NCBI GenBank assembly: GCA_051047955.1
Contig: JBPGPT010000001.1
Location: forward strand, 186,001-250,000
DNA: 64,000 nt
Direction of reading: 5' to 3'
From: Cystobasidiomycetes sp. EMM_F5
Taxonomy: Eukaryota
Part shown: positions 12,460 to 25,268 of the stretch, piece by piece
Numbering within the stretch: the stretch's first letter is position 1
Layout: each line of letters begins with the position of its first letter
Program-made: the position numbers and the translations under genes
Notes under the pieces: generated by a model
What the model was told of the DNA's origin: nothing
Seen by the model: only the letters and a program-made list of their open reading frames with translations
The model's database searches: none

Positions 12460-14652
12460 CTACACCCGCAGTAGCGCGACCGCATCCAAAGCAGCAATAT
12501 TTGCTGAGAATGTGCCATTCGAGGACACGCTAATCGACGTGGTCGAGTTACATGATGTGATGTTTGGACTGCCAGTGATTAGTATATTGCAGTAGCTTCC
12601 GGCTGGAAGCGAAGTCTGGAATGTCGATGACCAGTTCGTGAAAGCGTTGTTTATTGCAACGTAGCCGACCGACCCACGTCCGTAAGCTTCGCAGTAACGT
12701 CAAACATCTCCGCTGGCAACAGTGCGGTAAGAGTGACTTGGCTCACCAATTTGATCCAGAGTTCCTGTTACGTTATTGGTTATCGGTAGACCTACCGTCT
12801 GCCGGCGAAATTTGGCCATGCCGCTCATCCATGTCTCGCGATGGTCGCACCTCCAGAAAGTCAGGTTCTGATCATCAGTGCAATTGACTGCGTATGTGAG
12901 ACCAGCAGGGCTCTGCGGAGCGCCCTGGTCCGTATTAGGCAAGCCTGTGGCAGTTTTATTGACTCGATAGCTCGAAAGGACGGTGGTAACACCGTAGTTC
13001 CAGCTCAAGAGGTATACATGACCTAATTTCCACCTCGGTCCGTAAGTGTAATTGAGAGACGTCGCGTCTCGCTCCGAGTCGTGATTGCTGACAAAAACAT
13101 TTGCATAGGATTGTTTGATGAATCCCCACCCTTCCCCAAAGCCGCTGTTTTGAAAGAAGTCTGCAATGTGGCCACTAAAGAGGGTGTTATTGGTGTCAAA
13201 GCCTTGCCGAATATAGTCTTTAACGCGGAATTCTTGCACCAAGCTGTGTGATGTCATTAAATCATGTTGTGGAGTAACTACCTCGACTGATTTGACCCAC
13301 CCGTTCTTTTCGAAAGCCGGCCGAGATATAGGGTATGGGTCGACCTCGGTCACCCCAATGCTAACTTCCTGTTCTCAAAGACGTTTATAGAGCACAGGAG
13401 ACATACGTGATGCACATGCGTGCTCACCTGCGATATGAGAAGCTGGGAAGAGTTTCGCAAGCCCTGAAATGTCGATCCAAGGGCTGTTGCATCGATGTGC
13501 TTGGCTGCGTCTACGCGGAAACCAACGACACCCTGACAAAGGAAGCGACTTTCAATCGAGGGAGAGACAAGTATTGCTTGCTGCTTACAATGTCGATTAG
13601 AGTGTTGTGGTACGATCGGATGCGGTCACGCACGGGCGTCCGTTCTTGAGCACTGCAAAATAGTTAGAAAAGGTTTGTGCTACGACGAACTAATCTCCTT
13701 ACAGATCTTGGAGTCCGAGCAATTCGCACGCTTGCGGGATGTCAATCAATGGCCTTATAACCGTGCGTATAACTGTCTCACTTTGCACCCTTTGAAGAAT
13801 AGTATTTCAGGATTAGAACGATTGGCGCGCAATACGAAGAGCTCACTCCGTCACATTTGCAAAGTTAGTGATTCCGGCTGCCCCGTTACTCCCGTTGCAG
13901 AAATGAAATGAAGACCGGTCGTAGCCAGGAAAGCTGTATGCGGAATAGTTGGTTCCGCCGATTCCAGTGGTTGCGTTGACGGGAGCGGCTGCCATGTCTT
14001 CATCAAAGTAGAGTGAGACAGCTTGGATATGCAGTAAGGAATGCCGCAGACACACGATTTATAACGTCGTCGACAACTATTCCGATGCCGCTGTTACTGC
14101 AAACCGAGACCATATTGCGGAAATCTGCTTCGTTGCCTCGCTTGGATGTCTGTTTCGGGTGCAGGATTAGCGCTTGTCTGGATACCACAAGCTATTTCTT
14201 GCCAGATTGTACGAGACTGGCTGATAGTCGGTCCACCACTGCTACACAATTCAGACATCGTCAAACGGACATCAGCTAGATGTGCGAACCTGTGTGCCAT
14301 TGATATGTTCTTGCGGAGGCGATACTTGAACATGCGTGTAACCGGCACTGCCTAGAAACGAACATTCATTCGCTATGCTTTGCCAGGCTGCAGATAAAGT
14401 GAGTCAGTCGTGCGGGGCACTTTCTTGTCTGGAAAGGAGTAACTTACGGTATTCGAACATTTGTACAATAACGGCGCCGGCGAATGGGAACGGACTTGCT
14501 GTCGCCGAAGCATTTCCAGCGGTAGCATTGATGAGCGACATTGACAAGATGTTCAAGGCTTGAAGCGAAAGATGTTAGTAGGGTCAAGTTGAAGGCCTTA
14601 GCTAGACCAAGCAAGGTTAAAAACGAGACACTCCAATCAGCATTCTCCGCAT
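12460..14652 (-). CDS. GH13 alpha-amylase of the actinobacterial/animal type (GH13_32-like); many introns; no CBM20 seen
   Basis: [50 protein letters not shown], catalytic [30 protein letters not shown] and [12 protein letters not shown]. 5' end approximate. Confidence 0.92.
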
Positions 14653-14796
14653 GCGGACGGAGAAATGCGGGGCCCAAGTCCCGTCCGAGCGTACCAAGCT
14701 AGTGGCAAACGCACATGCACGAACCTCTGACGACAAGCAAAGGGGCGAAGTCCATAGATGTTATTGGTTACAATCTCTCGTATACTACGGGAATGT

Positions 14797-17700
14797 TTAT
14801 TGCTCTAGATTCTGATGTTGAACTAATTCATAATAATATCCTCTGCGTCGGATCAGCTCCGTATGATTGCCATGCTCTGCAATGACTCCGTCCTTGAGAA
14901 CGTAGATCACATCGGCCGATTGTATCGTCGAGAGGCGATGTGCAATCGCTATCGTCGTCCGGTTCTTTGCTGCAGCGTCCAAGGCCGCTTGAACCACCTT
15001 CTCGCTTTGTGAATCCAGAGCCGAAGTGCTCTCGTCGAGAAGGAGAATTTTCGGATTGCGTATAATGGCACGGGCTATGGCAACGCGCTGCTTTTGCCCT
15101 CCAGACAACTGGCTGCCTTTGCCGCCGACAAGAGTATCGAAACCTGATTGGATGAGAGAGATATTTAGCTATTGGGAAACCTTGAGCTGGCATCTGCTAC
15201 GCACCATCGGGTAATCCGGTGATGAAGTCGTAGATATTCGCAGCTTTGCAGGCGGCTTCTATTTCATCTTGTGTGACGTCGTCTCTTGTAGCACCGAGCA
15301 GGATATTGAAACGGACAGAACCCTCATACAAGGTTGGCTCCTGACTGACAAGAGAGATGATCTCTCTATGTGCCTTGATGTTCAACGTGCGAATATCAAC
15401 TCCGTCTACCTCAATAGAACCGCTAAGCGGATCGTAGAAGCGTTCAATCAACTGGATGATTGTCGATTTTCCGCAACCGCTGCTACCACAGATGGCCACA
15501 AAACTTCCTGGTTTGATGTTCATGGACAACCCACGTAATACGCGGACACCAGGCCTGGTCGGGTACCGGAAGTGAACACTGGCGGACCCGATTCAGCCAG
15601 TGTATCGCTGAAAATGCGCTGCAATCTCACTCTTTGATGACGATACTGCCTTCGGCAATTCCAGGGGAGAGGCCTTCGGTGCTCTGAGCATCCACCTCGA
15701 TTTCGCGATCGAACAAGCTCAACAGACTTCTGGCCGCGCTTGATGCTCTGGTTGGGGGCATTAGGCATGATCAAGGATCTTCAATAACCTCCGTAACTCA
15801 CTTTGAAACGTCCGGAGCCCAGACAAAGACCTGACCGGCTTGCAAACTACCGAAGATCACGCCCTCAAGAGCGATGAAGAAGCCGCTCACGCTGACTTTC
15901 CCGTCAACTAGTTGCTGGCTGCCATACCAAAACATGAGCGCGACAATTCCTAGTAGAACGCTCTGAGCGAGTGCGTAAAACAACTAGAGAGTCGAAATCA
16001 GTTCTTGAGCATTAAGAATCAGCATAATTTACTGCGCACATTGCCAATGAGAGTGATCCGCGCCGCACGTTTCAAGGGTGCCTCTGCGGAATGAGGTCAG
16101 GCCAGATACAACTAGACACATTACGAAAAGCGTACTCAATGCATTTGCATAGACTCGCACTGCGTCGTCTTCGCGCGTCAGAGCTGCTACCGTTCGAATG
16201 GCTGCTGCTGCTTCGCAAGCGGTTTGTGCAGAAGCTTCGTGAACCGCCTTGACCTGCTTATCGCGCAGTTGTATGGCATAGAAGTCGCCCAAGCCCGATG
16301 CGAGGGTGATTGGTATCAATGCGATACCGACTAAAGCGATTCTCCACGAGTACGCAAGTCCGACGACGCAACCTCCAACAAGAGTACTGATAGATTGGAC
16401 AATTGTGCCTAGCGTGAGTCCACAAGCTCCTGACACGCTCTGCGGAAGGGCGCTGATATTACTCGTCAAAACGCCCGTCGAATTCTTCGAGTCATCGAAG
16501 AAAGAGATGTCTTGGGCCACGGTTTTTGCTAGCATCTTCTTGCGTAGACGGCTGGCCAGGGTCTCTGGAAGGGGAGACAACAAGATCAGTAGTTTGAATA
16601 TTCGGAGTACAGCATGCGCACGAGCAGTGAAAGCAAAGGTGTAACTTTGGATGGCCATCGCACTGGCGGACACAATAGCCCTGCGGAGTCATCAGCATCG
16701 CGAGCACTGACAGCTAAGTTGCTTGTGAAGCGACACTCACGTAATGAGCATGTATAGTGCATTGCGATTGCCTCCATTACGAACTTCGACCGGATCCGGA
16801 TTACTGTACACTCCTAGCAGAAGACCAAATACGATGCTGAATATAGGATAGACCTGTCGACGAGATGAGCACCGATAGTGACTTTTGACCAATCGTATGC
16901 TTACCAAGCCAACTACAATACTGGCAACAAAACCTAGCACGTAGTAATACTTCAAATCGCCGACATGCGACAATAGCCGGCGCATCATAGTGCCGATACT
17001 TAGTTGTTTCTGGCCAGGGATCGCCGCCTCGATGTCCTGGCGCTGTGCCAATATATCGCTAGCCAGGGACTTCGAAGTATCGGCACGCGTGAGAACTCTT
17101 GCCTTCTTAGCGTCTTCTGCTTCTTTTGCAAGGAGCTCGGAGAGTTTGCTCTCTTCAGCCTGCGTGAGCTCCTGCTCGTGTAGCAGCTGCTGTGCGTTGA
17201 CTAGAGCAGCATAGGCGCCGTTCTGCGTGAGCAGGGTGTGATGATCTCCTTGTTCTATTACACGACCCTGATTGACTACGATGATCTGATCCGCGTTGCG
17301 GATAGTCGATAGCCGATGAGCGATAGTCACTGTTGTTCGTCCAACGGAGGCTACGAGTCTAGATCAGCACATCGAAAGAAGTAAAGGACGATGATCAGCC
17401 CACCAGCATCGAGCGCTTCTTGGACCAGGATTTCAGATGCCGTATCAAGCGAGCTAGTAGCTTCATCCAGAAGTAGAATAGGAGGGTCGGACACGACGGC
17501 TCGCGCAATAGCGATTCGTTGCTTTTGACCACCGCTCAACAACATGCCGCGTTCTCCAATCTGCGTATCGTAGCCCGCCGGCAGGCTGCTCACGAAGCCG
17601 TGTGCGTTTGCTGTCTTGCACGCTTCGATGACTAGCTGCCTTTTCTGTGACTCGTCCGCGTACTGATGAGCCGTGTTGATGAGCCCGTGCGCGACGTTCT

Positions 17701-19670
17701 CCCATACTGATGCCGAGAACAGAGTTGGCTCTTGAGAAACCAGACCAATGTGCGAACGCAGCCACGTCACGTTGATATCACTGATTTCGACTCCATCGAG
17801 CAGAATGGTGCCGGAAGTAGGACCTATGCACCCATCTTAACAAAGCTTTTCTCTAAAAGATGGGTTTCACGTACTGTAAAAGCGTTGTAGAAGGGCAATG
17901 ATGGAACTCTTGCCGCCGCCTGACGGCCCCACGATTGCGCTTGTCTTGCCTGGCGGGAAAGTCAGCGATACTTTGTCTAATACCTTGATGCTGGGTCTTG
18001 ACGGATAATAGAATTCGATATTCTGCATTGTTATCATTCCTGCGACCTTTGTAGGCTTGAGGCCGGATGGAGACGCAGAGTCAATGGGGGGAATGCGATT
18101 GATTGTTCGTACCACAGTAGATGCGGCGCCTGCCGCTCCAGCGATGGCAGCCGCGTTCGGTGAAAGGAGAGAAAGAGAGAAAGCTCCAATGAGCACAGAG
18201 AAGAAACACGTGAGGACCTGGCCACTTGTTGCTTCGTTTCGCAACAGCAGGGTCGTGCCCTGTCAATAATACAATCAGCATTGACTGCTGTCGTCGGCAA
18301 AGACCTCAGCCAACCCAGTAAAAGGTCAAAGCATATCCCGCAAAGATAATGAAGAAGAATGATGCCATTCCCAACCCAAAGTAGGCAGACCTCTTTTTAC
18401 CAATGGCAAAAGCTTGCAGGTTTGGAATTTCGTATAGATCGACCAGTTTTTTCTGAGTGCCGAAAGCGTGCACTGTCCGAACGGACGCAATCGTCTCTTC
18501 TGCAACGGTGCCACCTCGTCCAAGACAGTCGAGACTTTCCTTCTCTAGCTTAGCCTCGGACATCGACATAAGCGCGCCGACAATCATAATGGCTGGCACC
18601 ATTGTGGCGATGACGATTGTCAATTTCCAATTGACGCTGAAAGCAATGGCAAAGCCTGCGATGAAGGTCGCGATGTTAAAGATGGAAACACTGACTTTCT
18701 CGCTGATACCAAGCTGGATCGAGTGAGTATCGGTGTTGATCCGCGTGGTAACCTCTCCCGCTCCCAGCTTATCGAACCATCCAACATTCTGTCGCAGTAC
18801 TGCCCTTAGATATTCTTGTCTGATTCGATCGGCAATCTTCTGTCCAGTGTATATCCACGTCGACATGTAGATGAAGCAGCAGCCAAACATTGCGATTGCG
18901 ATATAGCACAGCAAGCGCACGTTCTTGTCCACCTGTGCATTTAGTATCTCGCGTGCTGGGCCTGTGTCTTGACCGGCTGCGATGGCGTAACCCCACGATG
19001 TAAAGGCTGCTGTAAGGTCTCCGAAGAAGACTGTCATGAGTCTGAGACAGATAGCTGAAGGTGAGTTTCTGATACCTCGTTGTTGCGAAACGTGAACATA
19101 CGGAGTTATGACTCCAGCCCCGGCGGCTGCTACGAGTCCAAGGGCATTCAAAGCCAGCTCAAACTTTGTTGCGAATCGATACAAGTCAAGGTACCCAATC
19201 TTGCGTTTCTCGGACCCCATTTCCGTCTGTGCCAAGATGATACGCCGCTGTGAGGGTGTGAAGTGCTTTAGATCTGGGTCATCCTCGGGTGAAATCTTGA
19301 CAGCCTTGTCATCCTTTGTCTTCTTGTTCTTTGCAAAGCGATTCCAGACGCTACTCTTCGTTGATGCATGATTATCTTTCTCTTCCTTGGTATGTGAGGA
19401 TATCGATTCGGGCTTTTCACGAACAGCCTGCTCTGCACTTTCTCCAACAGTATGGGAGGTTTCGGAAGAATTACGGGAGGGTAAAGGAGCAGCTTCACAC
19501 AGCGGCGGACTTGTCGTGTCGTATTTGGTAGCTGCTTGGGATGCGAAAGGTCCAGCTGCTAGAGGAGGCACGTCGGCCAGAACGGCTGCAGCAGTATCGA
19601 CGATAGTCCGGTCATTGTTCTGACTGTTATCTTTTCCGCTGCTGATGCCCTTGACGGTTGCATTATCCAT
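14797..19670 (-). CDS. Full-length ABCB (MDR/P-glycoprotein-type) ABC transporter (multi-exon)
   Basis: TMD-NBD-TMD-NBD layout. Walker A motifs GPSGGGKS and GSSGCGKS, two LSGGQKQR signatures, Walker B motifs LLLDEATS and LLLDESTS. Confidence 0.96.
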
Positions 19671-20316
19671 GTATGCGTTTCAGTGGCAAACTTTCTGACG
19701 ATGCAGCAGCCAACTCTGCCTTTGCACGAGCTTCGCCAACCCGTATTGCGCAAATAGTCTTGCGTAATGTCGGGACAGACTGATGGACAGAAAGGGTGTC
19801 GTAGTCGCAAAACAGACGCTGGATATCGATGCGCCCAGCCGATTGCGTAAAGTGAGTCGATACGGTGACGCGGTTGACCGGCAGCGGCAGGACTCAACAG
19901 ACTGTGCAAACACGACGAGAACGCTGACGATTGTGCCGGAGGACGATGTCGACGCCCGGAGTCAGAGCCTTTGGCTGTGCAAGAACGCCTACGTGTCTCG
20001 GGCCAAACTCGGTCTTAGCTGATGTGCACCAAAGCAGCTACAACATTTCTCAAGCAGACACACAAACCCGCAGCAGCGTACCATGAATGGCAGCAGCTTT
20101 CACGTCGCTTGGTTTTCAGCTCCTTCGTCATGACGGCTCCGCTCGGCTCCCCGGGACCTGAGGACTTCGCTGCGACTCGGTTCCGATACACCAGATGGAT
20201 ATAAATGTCACTCACTGATCCTATGCTGATCTCTCTTACACAGATGAAATAGCCCGTACCGCCTTATAACATCCGCTTCTAAGACCATTTACACACCCAA
20301 GCCACATATCGTAAAC

Positions 20317-20738
20317 ATGTGTTGCGGACACAGGGACGGAACCTACTATGCGACCAGAAGGTGCGTCGAACCGCGGTAGAGAATGAAGAGCACACCTGAT
20401 GCGCAACATTTTCACAGGGCTGCGAAAGTTGCCCGACGCACGGTAAGGCGACAAGCCAAACGGGAGTTTTGGATGTCGCTGTTAGGCCCGCTTCTCGGTG
20501 TCAATCAACAGAGCATTGCTGCTTCGTAAGGACCAGAGTAATTATCCGGCGATGTTAATTGACTGTCGATCTTATTCGCTGCAGTGGGGTTCCATCAAAC
20601 AGCTTTGATGCGAAATATAAGGCATACAATGACAATTCGAACCCGATGGTCGTATCCCAAAATGAACGGACTGTCTTCATCCGTCGAGCACCTAGTATCA
20701 CCACCGCTCCACCTTCCTACAAAGAGGCAACGACTTGA
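20317..20738 (+). CDS. Putative 101-aa protein, 3 exons (20317-20360, 20418-20525, 20585-20738), N-terminal MCCG, C-terminal PPSY
   Basis: Two canonical introns (GTGCGT..CACAG, 57 nt; GTAAGG..TGCAG, 59 nt) with branch-like motifs. Exons sum to 306 nt in an open frame. The ATG has A at -3. No family recognised. Confidence 0.65.
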
Positions 20739-21137
20739 GCAAAGAGGCGATGATCGACACCGATATGTAGCATACAGAAGAACGAATTTCATTGGAGTCT
20801 TTCATCTGACATGACCAGTGTCCATGCATCTGCAAAGAGGTGCCGAACGTGCAGCTGCAATGAAAGTGGGATGTTCTGTCAGAAATACTACAATTCGGTA
20901 CAATCATATAAATGGCAAGGGCGTGTGTTTGTTTTTTATTGCTTTCGACTTGTTAGTCATCATTTGGAGAATATGAATAAGTATGCAGGCAGGGTTTGTT
21001 TTCTGCGGCTGTGGTTTCGGGTAATGGAGGTGTCTCTTCGTTGGAAGGGACGATGGGGCGAGTAGAGCTTGTTCATGTAAACAGCGTTGCATAATACAAC
21101 TTTCTGGTGGTATTAAGGGAGGAGAGCGAGGACGCAG

Positions 21138-21467
21138 CTAAGAACGCTGGTTTGCCTCCCTCGAGCGGCTGCGGCCCGGTGAGGGCGCACGCCTAGGCGA
21201 TACTACGCGAGCTCGGGATCCTGCTGCAGGAGAGCCTCCAGGCGGCGTAACGCCTGTGGGTGTGCGCGTTTCTCGCGGTGTGTGGGGTCTCGGAGTACCT
21301 TGATCCGAACCTAGCGGTGAACGACCGGGGTTATCCTTCAGCCATTTTGTAGCACAGTTGCGCCCTGCATCTGGAGGGCAGAAGTTGCCCGTAGCAATCG
21401 TGCGATAGCATTGCACGCAACGCTTTTCAACATTCTGGGTGCGACCTCTTTCTTGCGACTGAGACAT
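21138..21467 (-). CDS. Putative 109-aa orphan with a CX2CX9CX7C motif and an S/T-P-rich basic tail
   Basis: ATG in ACAATGT context, four spaced Cys, and an upstream pyrimidine tract ending in CGCAG that resembles a 5'UTR intron acceptor. No homolog recognised. Confidence 0.5.
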   Translation of the reverse strand: MSQSQERGRTQNVEKRCVQCYRTIATGNFCPPDAGRNCATKWLKDNPGRSPLGSDQGTPRPHTPRETRTPTGVTPPGGSPAAGSRARVVSPRRAPSPGRSRSREANQRS

Positions 21468-22104
21468 TGTCGTGTGCCGAACTGTGATTGCGGAGGTGCT
21501 GGACGATCAAGAAAGAATGCGGAGCGCGCTGCGATGAGGAATTGAAAGCAAAGAGAGAAAGCCAGATCAGCTCGGAACTTGAGCTGACAGCAGAGAAACG
21601 ACAGGCGATGCTTTTGCGCTTGCAGAAGCACGGAGCCATGCCGGTTAGGCGGCGTCGGCGCTGTTCGACACAGTTACGGGGTTCGATCGCTAGTTGCGCC
21701 TTGCATAATGAACACCGCTAAGGCGGAGCCAAAGTACGCTGACCGCGCAGAGCTCCAGCCGGAGCGACGTCACTTATTCTGAATCCCCTCTTGCTTTCCG
21801 ATTGAACCGTCAGCACTGTCAGCGAAAGACCGCATGTTATGCTTATGCAAAGAAGCATCCGAGCACGACCTTGTCGTTAGAAGGATATACAGGAGTATTT
21901 CCTTTCCGTCTGCTATCGCTCACGAGTCACGTCTAACCATGTTGTCGTGCGAGGGCGTTATCGATTGTCGTGACATGTTCTCGACAGACTAAGACAGCGC
22001 AGCCATCATTGAGCTCTCGCTACAAACACATCCGTGTGATCCAGACTAGTCAATAGACACCGGGAGGCCAAGCGCTGTAGCTGCCGTCCTGCTTTGTGGA
22101 GTAT

Positions 22105-23204
22105 CTAGGCCGGTAATTCGAACCTTACAGTCGGGATATCTCGTCAGCAGAAAGATTGCTAAATCATCAGCGAGATTGGCTCACTTTTGACCTCGTAGCA
22201 CTCTGTGTAGTAGGCATCCTTTAGCACCGGCTAGATCTACAATCCATTCATCTGCGTTTACTCACTTTGTTATGTAGACTGTACGTTAAGAGAAGCGCCG
22301 TCATTAGTCGGATGAAAATGCCTAGCTGGTCTGTGAACGTACTGTAGAAGAAGTCTGCGTATAACCCTGTCTGCACCAGACCGGCAACGATGGCTATTGG
22401 ATCCACCGTATCTTCGGTGAAATATCTGTATAACCAGTTTGGAATGTACAGTCCGCGATATATACCAAGGGCAAAAAGGTAGTGGGTCGTGATAGTCTCC
22501 GCTTCACCCGTCCGCTGTAGCATGAAAAGCTGAGGGAGGATGGCTACAGCTTCGAGGTAGATGGAGAAAGCCCATAGTACCTCGATCACCGTGCTGATGC
22601 GGAAAGGCCTTAGCATGATACTCGAAGCGACTACGACTGAGCGCTAATGCTTACAAGCGATAATTCGCGATCAGAGCCAGAACTGCACATGGCCCTAGAA
22701 GATATTCGACGCGTAGGGTATCAATGGCCGGATCTTGCGTGGGACTGTGGAATATGTCAGCGAATCAGTATCAGCATGTTGCATCGAGAATCTAGCATGA
22801 CTGATGTTGGCATCGCAATTACCGGTATTTGACCTTTGTGAGGTAAACAATCCAGGCAGACGAGCCAATGAAGACGAGCTTCATGAACGTATTGTACAGC
22901 GAGTAGTACGGCCCAGTCAGAAGATCAATGTAACGCGTGACAAAGACCAGTAGATAGAGCGCTTGCGACTTGAAGGAGATGCCACGACATGACCTCGTCT
23001 TGTGGATCTTTTGTATGAGAATGAAAACTGAGGACCAGGCAGGGAGCACATGTCGAGCGAACCAAGAGAAATGTAGGTGATATTCTCAGTACCTTCCGTC
23101 GTACAATTGTCACGCTGTACGAGTAGGACCAGCACTGGGCACGTCGACCCAAACTTACTGGAAGCGAGATGCGACAAGTCGCCAAGCAGTCGGAAGATGT
23201 TCAT
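22105..23204 (-). CDS. ERD2: HDEL/KDEL receptor (multi-exon)
   Basis: [71 protein letters not shown]. Ends via short exons as VLRGQK|FELPA*. Confidence 0.97.
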
Positions 23205-23478
23205 ACTGTCGGCAGCGTTGTGACAGACGAGAGCCTGAGATGCCTCCCCCTGTTCTGCGTGTCAGATATCGATTTGCGCAGTGACAAGGCCCAGTCCACG
23301 TCAAAGTTGCCCTTGATATTCAGGCACGCCCAAAGGTAGTCGGCTGAGGACGTAGTTGCAGGGAGCAACATGTAGCACTACACAGCTCCGGCACAATCAG
23401 TAGGTTAGCTTCAGAATGATTCTTCCTAATCGTACAACGGATAGGTGAGTTGGATCCTAAAACTATTTCCTGAAGATC

Positions 23479-24761
23479 TCAGCTTCCTGCAAGCAGTCGG
23501 TCGATATCTGCTTTTGACCGCAAACTGTGAGTTAAAGATGCTGGAGTCGGTACACTTAGTATGCTATAAGCCGCCCTAGGTAATGGCTGATCCACTCACA
23601 AGGGCCATGCTCGTGTCTAACCAGGTACGCCTTTATGCGTGGATCGTTGTAATCTTTCAGAAGCGGTGCCATGCTTGATGATTGAGATAAGTTATCCGCT
23701 TGCTGCCAACTAGTGAATAGTTGAGTACCAGAGGCGTCCCCGACAGAATGCTCAGCCAATAAGGCTCGACGCAAGGAAGCCGTCGGTGACTCATTGCTAC
23801 CATTGTCTGCACGAAAGAAGCGAGGCGGAGTTGCCGTAGCATGATAGTCCCGGGTACTCTCGGACTTTGAACCCGATGGGGAGAAGTCGACCGGGCGCGA
23901 CGAAGTGCCCGGCGATGGGAGGATGGCGGCGCTGGATCTTGTCAGAGGCGATGACTTGTGAATAGACGGTGTAAAAGGCGTCGTCTTGCTATTTATGGGC
24001 GAAGAATTCGTGTGTCGACTCGGAACGGATGATTTGGTCTGTACCGCAGTGACTGGCTTTTCTGTGACCGGCGCCCAGCGTATGCGCACAAAAGCTTCGC
24101 TAGCATTGTAGAGAAACAGCAGCGGTAGAGCTCGATGCATGAGCCAGATGATAACGAGCCTCGCTTCCGGTACGGAGCGCACAACGTATCTGGCACCATA
24201 GGCGTAGAATCTAGAGTCGGTCACAAGGTACCACGCCAATAGCAGGACCAGGTTGATCCTTAGACGTTTCGCAAGAGTGGCCTTGCGAGCTTGTATCGCG
24301 CTGGCTGTTTGTACGGGTACTGCCACGCTACTGAGCTTCCCACCGCTCGACGATTCTGATTTTTGGGATAACGATTTCTGGTCGTACGTTGTTACGCTGG
24401 AAGAGATGACTTGCTGTGGGAATTGCGTTACCGGCTGAATCTGACGTTGTTGAGGCTGCATTTGATGAGATCCATCGTTTGTCGAAGCCGACCGCACGTC
24501 AGTAGATGAAGTGGCGCCAGCACGCAGTCTCAAAGCTTGCTGATATTGCGACTGCTGCACATCTGGACTCTGATGCTGCTGCTGCTGTTGCTGCTGGCGT
24601 GCAGAAAAGCTCTGCGCGTGTGAAGGAGGCGAAGGGATCATAGGACGTGAACGGGGCTGCGATGACGCCGACGACGAAGAAGGCTGTCTGTCATCATGCT
24701 GACTGACTGCAGTATGATAAGAGCGACTCGAGCCGCCCGAAGGCCTGGCAGGCGTGTTCAT
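23479..24761 (-). CDS. Membrane protein with two TM segments and S/T/P-rich disordered flanks; resembles Pom34/NPCC nuclear pore membrane proteins
   Basis: 401-aa ORF plus a short last exon. KRLRINLVLLLAWY...LLFLYNASEAF resembles the NPCC TM pattern; the family assignment is from recall. Confidence 0.55.
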
Positions 24762-25268
24762 GACGTGGTCGATAGCAGAGCAAAATTACGTTCTTCGGGT
24801 CATCTAAACGAGTACAACGAGTTTCTGCAGACAATAACACGTCCGGCATCCACATACTCTCAGCTTTCTGGAAGACACGCTACTATCCTCGCTTGCCACG
24901 CTACCTCCGCGAAGAGCCTGAGATGTCGAATATTACCCTTTTCCGGAAATGATCCTGCACTTTAGCCTGCTGACCTGACATTAAGACTCTCTCGGATGTG
25001 ATGCACACGTCCGAGGGCTCGTGAGCTAGGGCAAGCGGAAAACAGGCTCGCTAGCGCTTTCTACAAAGGTATGGGGTCTCACGGCTGTGTCAACGTCACC
25101 GCCGCCAGTTTGGGTAAGGAGCTTGCAGGTCGGAGCGTTCCCCGCTGTGTCTACTTCTGTCTGCTTCCGTCTGTCCATCTGCGGAGCTCCGAGTCGAATC
25201 TCCACTTGCTATCGTACCCATCGCTATTTGCATTCATCATCTATATCCAGCTCCGCCATTTTCGGGCG

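Noticed and set aside
21640..21710. GGTTCGAT motif resembling a tRNA T-loop
   Set aside because: No cloverleaf stems could be formed around it.
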